Positions 1 through 11,052 of a DNA stretch of 64,000 nt are shown one piece after another. A program made the position numbers and the translations under genes. The stretch is from Naegleria gruberi (lineage: Eukaryota). The notes beneath the pieces are model-generated. The model made no database searches and was not told the DNA's origin. It saw only the letters and a list, made by a program, of their open reading frames with translations. The stretch lies in the NCBI GenBank assembly GCA_000004985.1, contig GG738856.1; one strand, written 5' to 3'. The number at the start of each line of letters is the position of its first letter. Positions within the stretch are counted from its first letter, which is position 1.

Positions 1-17
1 CTGAAAAGCAACAAGAA

Positions 18-739
18 ATGTATGGTATCAACTTTTTGAACATTGGTGGAGGTATCAACATCACTATGGATGAATCAACCAGTAGAAAGATGTTGCAAGA
101 TCCAAACTTTGATGGTGAAATTGACCGTATTGATTACTCTGGTATGACTACCATGTATGGTTCTCTCCATTGTTCATCTCAAGTTCTTCAAAGAAAGAAG
201 ATTGAAGTCAATGAATTCAGAAATGTTCCAACAACTGTTGCCGAACAACCATACATGCACCCATGTAAGGAATTTGACTCTCAATCATCAAAGAACGTTT
301 TACTTGTTGTTCCAAGTTATCACACTGTTCATGCTACTAATAGCAAGTCATTGTCAGCTGCCAAGCATGAAGCTATTTCCAATACTGATATCAGTAGAAT
401 TAAGGAACAACACAGACATATTCTCTCCGAAATTCACAAGGAACTTACTCAACATGATGTCAATTGTGTAATCTTTACTCAAAGACCAGATATTCCAGGT
501 GACTCTACTGCTCACTTCCCAACTCACAACATTTCTTCACACGCCAATAATATCATTCTTTATTATAAGGAATCTGAACGTTCTGATAGAATGGACAAGT
601 TGGCCAAGACTTTGAACATGTTCTACAAGGAAAAGGCAACCATTCAAAAGAATGTTGAGGATCAAACCACTCTTGATTTTATTCAAGGTACTGCCAGTTT
701 AGTTTTCGATAGAATCAAGAAGAGAGCATTCTATGTGTT
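18..739 (+). CDS. N-terminal/middle part of a hypothetical protein. Possibly an amidinotransferase-fold (DDAH/arginine-deiminase-like) enzyme. It runs off the 5' window edge and into the gap at 740-789.
   Basis: ORF 18..797 is open to the window edge. A motif ...QHRHILSEIHKELTQHDVNCVIFTQRPDIP... loosely resembles the QH...GV.V..L....PD..F.rD pattern of the amidinotransferase superfamily. This assignment is weak. Confidence 0.3.
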
Positions 740-789
740 NNNNNNNNNNNNNNNNNNNNNNNNNNNNNNNNNNNNNNNNNNNNNNNNNN
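740..789. other. Assembly gap (50 N).
   Basis: Run of n. Confidence 0.99.
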
Positions 790-1236
790 AAGATTGAATC
801 ATTTGTCAAGTCATTGGGTTACAATGAATTTATTCCATTTGCTAAGGAAAGATACACAAGAGGTTCTCTTGATATTTTGGACTATTCCAACTCTCACTTG
901 TTCATTGGTACCAAGTTTGTTGTTATGTGTAGAGATGAATTCATTAATGAAGGTGATTATGAAAAATTGCAATCCTACTTTACTGATAGAACTATCATTT
1001 CCATCTCTAAGGAACAAAGAATGTGCAATTGCATTAACGGCCTTATTGAACTCCAATCTAAGGATGGAAAGATTATTCTCTTTGCTTCCAAGCTTTCTTT
1101 GAATGTTTTGAAGGATGAACAACTTGAAAAGATCAAGGCATCCGTAGACGAAGTTGTCCCAATTGATTTGAGTATTCTTGAATCGAGATATCACGTTTCA
1201 TTGAACAACTTGATTGCTCCACTCTTTGTTGAATAA
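790..1236 (+). CDS. C-terminal part of the same hypothetical protein after the 50-N gap. The frame relation across the gap is unknowable. The stop is TAA at 1234-1236.
   Basis: ORF 733..1236 continues directly after the gap on the same strand. It has no independent start context. The stop lies 4 nt from the stop of the convergent ankyrin gene. Confidence 0.4.
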   Translation, partial: KIESFVKSLGYNEFIPFAKERYTRGSLDILDYSNSHLFIGTKFVVMCRDEFINEGDYEKLQSYFTDRTIISISKEQRMCNCINGLIELQSKDGKIILFASKLSLNVLKDEQLEKIKASVDEVVPIDLSILESRYHVSLNNLIAPLFVE

Positions 1237-1240
1237 ATAT

Positions 1241-2180
1241 TTATTTTCTCTTTTTTTTAGGAAGTACAATCTCCTGTTTCTCTGAAGAACCTTGCATGAA
1301 TGTTGTTTCACTTCTCTTGATTGCTACTTTTTGAGAATTGAGGTATTTTTCATGATCGTATTGTTTTACAAAATCTGCAATTTCTGAGCTTCCTTTTTTG
1401 CAAGCATAATCTTCAACTGATACTCCATACTTATAATTTCAACATTTCAAAACTGTTGTTTCAAAAACTTACACCGTTCATACTATCTTTTGAAATTTTC
1501 CCTGATTGAAGTAATGCCTTTACCATTTCTATATTTCTTTTATCGATAGCAACATGAAGAGCTGTCTATTTGAAAATTAAAATTCATTCAATTTGAAAAA
1601 ACTTACAGCATCTTTGTCCCAACCCAATCTAGAAATATCTGCTCCTCCATTTAATAAAACTTTGACAACCTCGATATGTCCATCTGAAATAGCTCTCATA
1701 ATTGGTGTCTTTAATAATTAATTCGACAACTCATTTTCAACTTACATGCTAAATTCTCTATTAATTCCAAAATAAATTCATTACAATCCAACTTACTCCA
1801 TAAATACTCTTTGGATCATGTTGATTAATATCTACTCTATTCGTACTGATACATCTCTTCACCTCATTTACATCTCCAATTCGGCATGCAGTCATTAATG
1901 ATCTCAACAATTCAGTTTCACTCTCCAAATATTCTTCCTCTTCGTCCTCCAACACTTCATCCTCTCCATCATCAATATTTTCGGAATTTTCATTTTCCTC
2001 ATCACTTAATTCAATTATATTTTCATCACCATCCTCATTGGTATTATTTGAAAGAGAATTTAATAGTAGTAAATCATTGGCAATTTCCGAATCTTGCAGA
2101 GTAAAGGATGATATATTATTCACTGTTTTATTTTCGCTCATTTTTTTTGTTTTGGAAATTAAAAACTTTGTAATCATCAA
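1241..2180 (-). CDS. Ankyrin-repeat protein in 4 exons: 2180..1797, 1708..1607, 1565..1473 and 1429..1241 on the minus strand. The real ATG is probably at 2142 (MSENK...). It has an acidic N-terminal region.
   Basis: Hand translation of the minus strand gives canonical ankyrin repeats: TPIMRAISDGHIEVVKVLLNGGADIS and TALHVAIDKRNIEMVKALLQSG. The three introns are 88, 41 and 43 nt, all GTAAGT...AG. All exon phases close and the terminal stop is TAA. Confidence 0.7.
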
Positions 2181-2186
2181 AATAAA

Positions 2187-5100
2187 TTAATATTGTAAAA
2201 GTTGAGGAATTTCATCCACAACCTTCTTGTCTCCTCCTCGTTTGGTTAATGATTTGAATTGGTTGGTATAGTATTTACATTTCTCTTCATTATTCATATT
2301 TAGTTTGGCTAATTCATAGTAAGCTGATGAACAGTTTGGATCCACATGAATTGCTTGTTTAAAATCCATTTCTGCTGATTGAAGATTATTCATATCCAAA
2401 TAGGTGTTGGCTCTCAATATGTAACATGTTGTGTTGAGTGGATCGAGAGTTATGCATTGAGTGAAATCAATAATTGCCTTCTCCTTTTGTAAGAGAACAT
2501 TCTTGTAGAGGAGAGCTCTACTGTGAATGGCAAAGTAAAATCCTTCTGATATTTCAATACATTTAGTGTAGCATTCTTCTGCCTTTTCTGGATTTTCTGA
2601 CTTGTACAGGGAGGCCATGTTGTACCATGCCTTGTAACAGTTTGGATCCAGAGAAAGGCACTTGTTGTAATCCTCAATAGCAAGTGTTAGGTATTCTTTG
2701 GCTTTGTCCTTTGTTTCAGGCCTATCATCAAGAGCTAAATATTTACAGGCATAAATATTACCTCTCATAAAGTAGGACGCATGAGATTTCTTTTCTGCCT
2801 TCTTGACAGATTCTGAGAGAATCTTCTCTGCATCATCTGGTCTATCTAGGTCAAGATAGAGCGTTGCCAATTGAATGTAGGCATTATAATATTCGAGATC
2901 GAGACGCTGGGACATCTTTTGGAATCCATAGGGATCATGCAGAGATGGGTTGATTTGAATAGACTTGAGCAAGTCTCGTTCTGCCAATTTATACAATTGC
3001 TCATCTTGATGATGGACATATTCCAAAATTGATCTGATAAATTCTTGCTTTTCCTTTTCTACCTCATTTTCACTATCTTCAATGGACTTGGATGATTTGG
3101 CAGTAGATATGGAACTGTTATCATTACCAAGTCTATAATTCAAAACTAGAGTTTCAGAACGAATATTAATTGAAATCTTTCCATTTCTTGGATAGAATAA
3201 CACTCTCTCGTTTTCTTTAACTCCATCAATGATTTTCCTGATAGATCCTAAATTTCTTATCATTGCAAAATTGTTGGCTACTTTAGAATTGGCATCTCCA
3301 AGACAGGTGTAAAGATCAGTAATCGAAGCTATATCAATACCTGAGAATACTGCAAAATTTTTCTTGTAATAGAATTGTGCCAATCCTGATTCTTTCACAG
3401 TTCCAATCTTTTCCTCTTGTGTTGACTTTCCAAATAAAAGATGGTACTTGAATTTATACATCCAGAGTACTCCTCTCAATAAATAGGCATCTGCACAGTA
3501 TTGGTTCATTTCTATTAATTTCATTAAATCTTTAAACGCAAAATTAGCATATTTGGCGTATCTGATCTCGTCTCCTCTCTTTTCCAGTATTGAGTTGGCA
3601 GCTGTTAAATATAGAAGAGATCTAAACAGGTACGAGCTAACATTGCTGTACTGTGGATTCAACTTGATACTCTTGGTATAATCTGATACAGCGTTAACCA
3701 TATCACCTACTCTAGGATTATGATAGAAAAGACCTCTAAAGAAAAATGCTTTGAAATCCTTTGGCGATTCTCTTATGAGTATGTGATAAAATTCTTCTGA
3801 AATATCCTTTCTTTGATTGTATGATTTTGGTGTACCTGGTTTGAAATCTTTAAGAGAAACTGTTGAGCAGAGAATTTTCAAAAAGTTCTCAAATCTTTGT
3901 CCGTATTTAAATGGTTTTTCGACTGAAACCTTTTCCTTTGTTACATTTCTAATCTTTGCCTTGAGTGATTGCATACCACTCTTCACTACCTTTTCAACTT
4001 GTTTTCTACTGTTATACCTTTGAAGAATATCAATAATTCCCAAAAAATAAATTTCCTTTCCATCAAGAGAAGAGCAGTAATTTTTCTGTCTTCCACTAAA
4101 TGATGTATCGTCTGGTTGTGGTAATCTGAACTTTGAAACCATTCTATTTTCCTCGGATGACCTTTGTTCATGATTATGAATACCTAAGAGAAGTGAGTAA
4201 TCCATAATGTCATTCTCCTGCAGGAATATAATATCATTTTCGAGTCTTCTATAAAAGTTTTGTTTTAGAGTAAGGTTAAGTTTGACATCTCCCTGATTGA
4301 TATCCTTATCTTTTAGAATTGGTGATTTTTTCTTTCGTTCACTCTCACTAGCCACTCTTCCAGCAGTACTTCCTTTCAAATCGTACTTTCTATGTATCGT
4401 CAGTGGTGTGAAAAAGACATTATTCATTACTATAAATCTGTACTTTGTTTGTTTCAGCGTAATTTCAAAAAGTAAGTAGAAATTACTGAGTAGAGTATAG
4501 GGATTCTTTTGTACATGTTTGTGATAGTTTGGTAGCATTTCCAGAGCTGTTGCTAATTCTTCTTCAGTTACGGATTTCAGCAGATATCCAGTTGATTTTG
4601 TAATAAAGAAAAATGCACCAGATTTACCTGGAGTTCCCACTCGGGAGTAATTTCCTGTATGACATCCCATTTGTTTTTTAAAATCAAATTCTGAAACTTT
4701 GAATAATTTTCTATTGAATATTTCAATATCTAAATTATTCGAAACTTTGAATACTTACCTTAAATGTTGGAAAACAGAGGGGCAAAATACTTTAAACTCA
4801 GCTCCAATATCTCTAAATATATAAACCTCATCAGTTGAGTACTCGCTTTCTAAGTCTTTAATTTCTTGATCATCTTCATCCAAGCTGATTTTGTGAATAA
4901 GACGATCAGTTCCTCTATTAATAATTTTCATAATCTCGTAATCTTTATCAGAGCTATTGACTTCCTCTCCAAGTTTGTTCTGTGAATTTTCAATCAATTC
5001 CTGCATGTTTGTCATGTACATGTCTGTTTTGTTTTCCTTTTTCAGCAGTGAATTTAATCGTTTCCTAAACTCTAGAGAGTTTCCTCTACTTGCTCTACTT

Positions 5101-5657
5101 GTTTTCTGTTCATCTGTTCGGGAAGTTTCCGTAAATCTATCTGTAACAAATGATGTTGAATCAAATCGATCCATCCTAGTTGTTTGTTGTAAATTGATTT
5201 TAGGAACCTTGACAGCATTCTTTTTTTTCTGAGCTTCCTGTGAATCATCGTCCACCAAGTTGGCTTGTGAATCAGACATGGGTATAGAATCATAATCATT
5301 CCACTCTTCATCCTCTTCATCTATTTCAGATCCACTTTCGTCATAACAAGTTAATAAATCCTCATTAAAACTTTCACCAGCTTGTGATGATATTTCAGAT
5401 TGGACTAGAGCTGTTGTTGTTGATGGTGGTGGGAGAGGGTCAACAAGAGACCTTGGAGTTGTTCTCTCATTCGAAACTCCATCCAAAATAATCTCACCAA
5501 TATTAGTTTCGGAAGCTGATGATCTTCTCTTGTTGGAATTTTCACTCGAACATAGTGAATCTGAACTGGACGAACCTCCTTCTGCTTTCTTTGAATGTTG
5601 ATATCGTCTCTTCCTATCCGTTATTAAATTTGACGTAAGACTTTTGTCACTAATCAT
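2187..5657 (-). CDS. Phosphatidylinositol-phosphate kinase (PIPK catalytic domain) fused to a long C-terminal TPR-repeat region. It has two exons, 5657..4759 and 4720..2187, with a 38-nt intron.
   Basis: Exon 1 ends ...EFKVFCPSVFQHLR, the PIPK 'KDYCPxVFRxLR' motif. After a GTAAGT..CAATAG intron the frame continues RKLFKVSEFDF..GTPGKSGAFFF (the GKSGS motif) and ...IMDYSLLLGIH (the DYSLL motif). Multiple TPR-like helices follow near the C-terminus. The N-terminus is Ser/Asp/Glu-rich low complexity. Confidence 0.75.
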
Positions 5658-6347
5658 TATAATTTACAATTTCTTCCAATTATTACTATTTTACAAATGT
5701 ACATAAATCATAAACGCGACTAATATTCCATCAACAAGTATATCTATTAACAATTAATAATAATAATATTAAACCTATGGATGATCAACAAATAACAATA
5801 AAGATGATCTTTCTTATTAATGATGAAATATTCGCGAATATTAAACTACTAATACAAAAAAACACTGCAAGTAGACTTCTGATGTTGATGATTTATATAA
5901 ATTCTTAGCCAGAGAGTCTTTGTGTCGCTTCTTCTTTAGAGAAGACTAGAGTGAGAGGCTTTTGAATTTTTTCTTTCGGAAAGACAGCGCAGGATAAATC
6001 AAGATTGTTTTTTGACTTTTGGATACGGTTTGCAAATGAGCAAGATGAGAAGGTAATGGGAACAAGATAATAGATGAGGGTTGAAAGAGTTTTTTTGAGA
6101 TTTTGATCAACCATTGAGTTGATTGTTAAGATTGATGAAATTGTAATCAAGAAAATTGATCCGTGTGAATTGTTTATGATGAATATTAATTGTTCAATAT
6201 TATGGAATGAGTAGGAATGGATTGTAATTGGTGTCAAAATAACTGAATGAAAAAAAGTTGTCCATTCATTCACATGTTTTGTTCAAATATTCATCAAAAA
6301 AGAATTTGTTGCTTCCCGCTAAAATAAATTTTAAATTGAAAAAAAAA

Positions 6348-7883
6348 ATGTCTACTAGTAATAACCGTGCATCGCTATCAAATAACGATGAAGACGAATC
6401 GCCAACTAGACTCACCATCAAAGAATTGAAGAGCATTCTCACAGAACACGATGTTGAATTGCCTGCTCAAGATAAGAAAAGAGACTTCTATGTTGACCTT
6501 TATAACAAACACATCAAATCTAAAAAACGTAAAAATGATGAAGTAAATGATGAATTAAGTGATGATGAAAATGAACCAGAACAAAAGAAGGTCAAGTCAT
6601 CAACAGAAGAAGAACCTGCTGAATCTTCAACAACAACAACAACAACAACTGAAGAAATTTCACAACCTACTGTGGAGGAACCAAAAGTTGCAACACCAAT
6701 GGCCGAAGTTAAAGCCAAGGTTCAAAGAAAGACCAAATCATTTGCTCCAAGCTCTTTGGAAGCTGAAACCCCACAAGTTAAGGTTTCTGATGTAAGAAGA
6801 AGAACAGTCGGAAACAGAGATTTGCAATATAGACAAAGACCAGCCAGAAATGAGATCAATCAAGGATTATTGCAAACTCCTGTTAGCAGTAATAGAGCTC
6901 CACCACCAACCCCACTCTCACCAACTGATTCTACTTTGGTTCAAGATATTAGACCTTCTGAAATCGATCAAGAACAAAATACTCTCGGAAAAGTTTTGAC
7001 TAGCATTTTGATGGCATCTATTTGGGCTCTCTTCTTCTTCTGTGTTTATTTATTCTTGTTCGGACAAAGAGATCCACATTTACCATATGGTGGAAGATAT
7101 TGTCAATCCGAAGATGGTCTTTTGCAACTCAAGCCTCGTGATAATTGTTTGCCATGTCCTGAAAATGGTTATTGCTCTGATGGCAGACTTGTTTTGTGTC
7201 AAAAACCATACGTCATTAAGAATGCTGTTTGTGTAGAAGATAGTAGAATTACTTTGAATGCTCTTGAATTTATTACTGAACTTCAAAATGAACTTTCTTC
7301 CAAGTCTGGAAAATTCATTTGTGGAAGAGCTGAATCAAATTCAACATCTTTGGAAGATATTAAGGCTAAATTGACTGTTAAATTGGCTGGAAGTGGCGTT
7401 GCTGTTGAAGATGTTCTTGAACAAGTTACTAAACTCGTAAAGAGCTCTCCACAAAACTTCCAAATGAATATTGCTCCAGTTGAAGGATCTGATAAGGAAA
7501 TGATCTTCTCACTCAACCCAACTCTTCCATTCGACTGTAGAATCCAGAAGGCTACACAAGAAAATAAGGGTGTGATTATCACTATTTTGACTTTGGCAGT
7601 TGCCATTCTCATTGCAAACTTTTATAAGAATAAGGTTGAAAGAGAACAAAATGATGTAGAAGATCTCTTCCGTATCTCAATCACTAGAATTAGAGAAGAA
7701 GAAGAAATTATTGTTGAACAATTAAGAGATGAACTCAAGGAAAAGTATGGTCATGAAATTGATGTAGAAAAGTATTGGTCTCGTGTTGAAGATTTGCTTG
7801 CTTCTGACAGTCGTTTGTCTCAAATACCAAGCAATAGTGGAACTGCTTACCAATGGGCTGTTGCTACTGACGAACAAGAATAA
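6348..7883 (+). CDS. HeH/LEM (SAP-like) domain protein with two transmembrane helices and a Cys-rich inter-TM segment. The architecture resembles inner-nuclear-membrane Man1/Src1/Heh proteins.
   Basis: The N-terminal helix-extension-helix motif is LTIKELKSILTEHDVELPAQDKKRDFYVDLYNKHI. TM1 is ILMASIWALFFFCVYLFLFG and TM2 is GVIITILTLAVAILIANFY. The Cys-rich loop is CQSEDG..CLPCPENGYCSDGRLVLC. The ATG sits in an aaaaaaaaATG context at 6348. The ORF track starts upstream at 6258, which is non-ATG. Confidence 0.5.
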   Translation: MSTSNNRASLSNNDEDESPTRLTIKELKSILTEHDVELPAQDKKRDFYVDLYNKHIKSKKRKNDEVNDELSDDENEPEQKKVKSSTEEEPAESSTTTTTTTEEISQPTVEEPKVATPMAEVKAKVQRKTKSFAPSSLEAETPQVKVSDVRRRTVGNRDLQYRQRPARNEINQGLLQTPVSSNRAPPPTPLSPTDSTLVQDIRPSEIDQEQNTLGKVLTSILMASIWALFFFCVYLFLFGQRDPHLPYGGRYCQSEDGLLQLKPRDNCLPCPENGYCSDGRLVLCQKPYVIKNAVCVEDSRITLNALEFITELQNELSSKSGKFICGRAESNSTSLEDIKAKLTVKLAGSGVAVEDVLEQVTKLVKSSPQNFQMNIAPVEGSDKEMIFSLNPTLPFDCRIQKATQENKGVIITILTLAVAILIANFYKNKVEREQNDVEDLFRISITRIREEEEIIVEQLRDELKEKYGHEIDVEKYWSRVEDLLASDSRLSQIPSNSGTAYQWAVATDEQE

Positions 7884-8071
7884 TTCACTAAATATTTATC
7901 ACAACCTAGGTTGTTAAACCTCTAGAATGATTAATTTATGTTGATTACAGTGAACATATAGTTGTTCACTCCAAATCATTGTATATTTCTAATAAATTTC
8001 ACTTAAAAATTATCTAATATTTGAAGCTGTGAGCTATTTGATGTACCTTACAAAGAGAGGTTGATTGACTG

Positions 8072-8677
8072 TTATTCTCTCCTTACTGCCTTGATGAATT
8101 TTTGTAATTGTTTTGCATTCTCAGTGAGCTTACCATCATTCTTGTACAACTTCTTCCATTGACTCCAACCTCCCTTCAAGAATTTAACTTTTGGAACAAT
8201 TAAATCTCTTTGAATGGGATTTTGATTTTCAGGTAGATTTGCTGTTTCTCTAATCAATATATCCTGAAACAATTTAGCAGCAGTTGGACCTCTCATTCTA
8301 CAATAATAACAATGAAAAACAACCAATTTAACCATCTCATCTTCACCAGAAACAATATTCTTTCCAATTCCAACATTTCCACCTTGAGTTCTCAATTGAG
8401 AAAGTAATTGTTTAGCAATAATGGATTTATCCTTTGTTCTAGCCTGCATAATTCTATCCCTATTATATTGAATAATAGAATTGACCAATTCTACAGCCTT
8501 CTCTTCATCAAAATATGGAATATTTGTTGATCCGATAATATTTCCTCCTTCAAAGTCGGCATCTCTAACATCAATGACTCTGACAGAATGTGGTGCCTCT
8601 TGTAGGAGTGCTGCAAGTTCAGTGGCTTGGATTTGTGGGATGCTAATATGAAGATCTTCTGAAGACATTTTTTTCAA
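8072..8677 (-). CDS. Rhodanese-fold Cdc25/Acr2-type protein (dual-specificity phosphatase or arsenate-reductase-like).
   Basis: The active-site loop FHCYYCRMRGP matches the Cdc25/ACR2 C-X5-R signature. The length is rhodanese-domain sized. Confidence 0.65.
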   Translation of the reverse strand: MKKMSSEDLHISIPQIQATELAALLQEAPHSVRVIDVRDADFEGGNIIGSTNIPYFDEEKAVELVNSIIQYNRDRIMQARTKDKSIIAKQLLSQLRTQGGNVGIGKNIVSGEDEMVKLVVFHCYYCRMRGPTAAKLFQDILIRETANLPENQNPIQRDLIVPKVKFLKGGWSQWKKLYKNDGKLTENAKQLQKFIKAVRRE

Positions 8678-8864
8678 GTTTGAAATTGAAAATAATGTTT
8701 CTCTTGTAATCGATTTTTATTGGAAAGTAGAATAATGTTATATTTGGCAAACTCAATTTCGGTTTGCTTCGAGGTTACATTCCATTAATTTTTATTTTGT
8801 AATTTAAATATTTTTTGTAATTCTCTAGTATATTAATATTTAATATTTAATAATTTAAAAAAAA

Positions 8865-11032
8865 ATGGATAAGAAACATTTGGTGCTGATGGGTCCGCCA
8901 GGTGCCGGAAAGACAACCACCAGGTTCGTATTAATATTAAGAATTTACCATCTTCATCACCATAATTATCGGAACAACTTTTGTTTGGATATTAAATTAT
9001 AATAATAATTTGATAATTTAGTAAATTATTGGGAAAATTATTGAACATACCAGTCTTTGATATTGATGATGATTTATTGGAGGTTGTATGGAATATGCCA
9101 GTCTCTGAAAAACTTTCTCAGGTTGGTGAGGAAGGCTTTATTCAAGCTGAAGGAAAAGCCTGTTTGGAATTGAGGATGGAATCATCGGAGCCTACATTGA
9201 TTGCTCTGAGTGGGAGTGTTCCTCTTCATAGGGATGCTATTGAGAATATTAGAAAACAGGGAGTGGTGATTTATTTGGATATTCCTTCGACGATTATTGA
9301 AAAGAGATTGCATGAAATGAAGGTGGATCGAATTGTTGGAATGAAGGAGGGACAGACATTGGCCGATTTGTTGGATTATAGAAAGACGTTTTATGAACAG
9401 TTTTTTGATGTGAGAGTGGCTTGTTCTGTGGCACAACCTGTTGAGGAGGTAGCTCAGAGAGTTGTTAATGCTTGGAATTTGTATAGGAATGTGAATGGAG
9501 AACAGGATTATGTTAGTACGAGAGGAGGTCTATTGGATGCTGGAGTTTCATTTTCACACGTTGTTACAAAGGGTTTGGCTTTGGATGGAGGTCTCTATGT
9601 TCCAAGAGTTTTGCAATCTTGTTCATTGAATGAGTTGGCATCTATGGCCTTGTTAAAATCATATCAGGATGTTGCATTGAGAGTTTTGGAAAAATTCCCA
9701 CTTGGAACAGAGTTAACCTCACAAGAATTAAGAAAGATGATTGACACTACTTATTCCACATTTTCACATCCAAGTGTTGTACCACTTTCTGAGAAAATCT
9801 CCCCTGAAAAACATCAATATCACATTGAATTATTCCATGGACCAACGGCAGCGTTTAAGGATGTTGCCCTTCAATTAGTTCCTAAACTATTTGTTCATGC
9901 CAAGAATCAATCAGAGGAATTGAAAAACTCAAAATTCTTAATACTTACCGCAACGAGTGGAGATACAGGAGTATCTACAATGGAAGGATATAAATCAGAG
10001 GCCGAAGCAGGTGTCTCAGTGCTTGTGTTGTATCCTCAGGGTGGTGTAAGTGAATTACAGGAGAGGCAAATGTTGTGCTCTCAAACTGAAAATATTCGAG
10101 CTGTTAGTGTGAAAGGAAATTTTGATACTTGTCAAACAATTGTAAAGGAAATTTTCTCTGATAGAGCGCTAGCAACAGAGTTGGAAAATACTTTTGGACT
10201 CAGACTTTCAAGTGCTAATTCAATTAATTGGGCAAGAATTATTCCTCAAGTTGTTTATTATGTGACAAGTTATTTGGAGCTTTACAAGAGGTCTGTAATC
10301 AAACTTACTGAACCCGTTGATATTGTTGTACCGAGTGGAAATTTTGGTAATTTACTTTCTGCGATATTTGCTTGGAAAATTGGATTGATTTATGTGAACA
10401 AGTTCATTTGTGCCTCAAATGAAAATTGTATATTAGCCGATTTTGTAAAAACAGGAATTTATGACATTAGGGAAAGAACTTTACAAAAGACTACATCTCC
10501 TTCAATAGATATACTAGTATCTAGTAATATTGAGAGACTCTTATATTTGATTTGTAATAATCCAACTCAGGTGGCTCAATACATGAAACAATTATCAGAG
10601 GAAAAGTGCTTTGAAGTCTCTCCAGAAATTAAGGAATTTTTACAAACCAAGTTTGATTCATGTACTGCTAGCGAGTCGCAAGTTGCCCAAACTATTAATT
10701 AGACTTTGAAGGAAAGCAAATTAATTATTGACACTCACACAGCCGTAGCTCAATATGCAGCCAACAAGTTTTACAATAGTCAAATACCAATGTTAATTGC
10801 ATCAACAGCACACTGGAGCAAATTCCCAATCAGTGTACTTCAAGGTATCAAACCTGAATTACAAATATCGGATCTTTCTTCAACATTTGGAGAATTGGGC
10901 AGTGTACTTGCTACAAACACCAAACCACACCCAAATATTTCTCAAATTTTAGAAAAGTCAGCTGTGCAATCTATTAATCTTATTGATAAGGATGAGGTGG
11001 TAATGTTTTTGAAACAATTAATACAGAAATAG
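8865..11032 (+). CDS. THNSL1-like protein: an N-terminal shikimate-kinase-like P-loop domain fused to threonine synthase (PLP enzyme). Exon 1 is 8865..8923, followed by a 98-nt intron, then exon 2 from 9022. An in-frame TAG at 10700-10702 interrupts the threonine-synthase domain. The C-terminal 108 codons (10703..11032) continue in the same frame.
   Basis: The spliced product reads MDKKHLVLMGPPGAGKTTTSKLLGKLLNIPVFDIDD (shikimate-kinase P-loop plus DxD). Threonine-synthase hallmarks YVSTRGG and FHGPTAAFKDVALQ (PLP lysine) follow. After the TAG come IIDTHTAVAQY and IASTAHWSKF, the conserved thrC C-terminal motifs (DPHTAV, STAHPAKF). The final stop is TAG at 11030-11032. Confidence 0.8.
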
Positions 11033-11052
11033 ATTGCATTCAAATAGTTTTC

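Noticed and set aside
5905-6273. 122-aa minus-strand ORF between the PIPK and HeH genes.
   Set aside because: It has hydrophobic low-complexity (Ile/Phe/Ser runs), no start context, and lies in a divergent promoter region.
6600-6660. (CAA)n-like microsatellite (caacaacaacaacaacaact).
   Set aside because: It is in-frame coding for a poly-Thr stretch inside the HeH gene. It is an ordinary coding low-complexity run, not an independent repeat feature.
10700-10702. Possibility that TAG is a reassigned sense codon, which would explain the stop inside the threonine-synthase gene.
   Set aside because: TAG terminates other genes in the window at positions matching expected C-termini (the 13516 gene, and 11030 of this same gene). 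TAA is the dominant stop. There is no support for a variant code.
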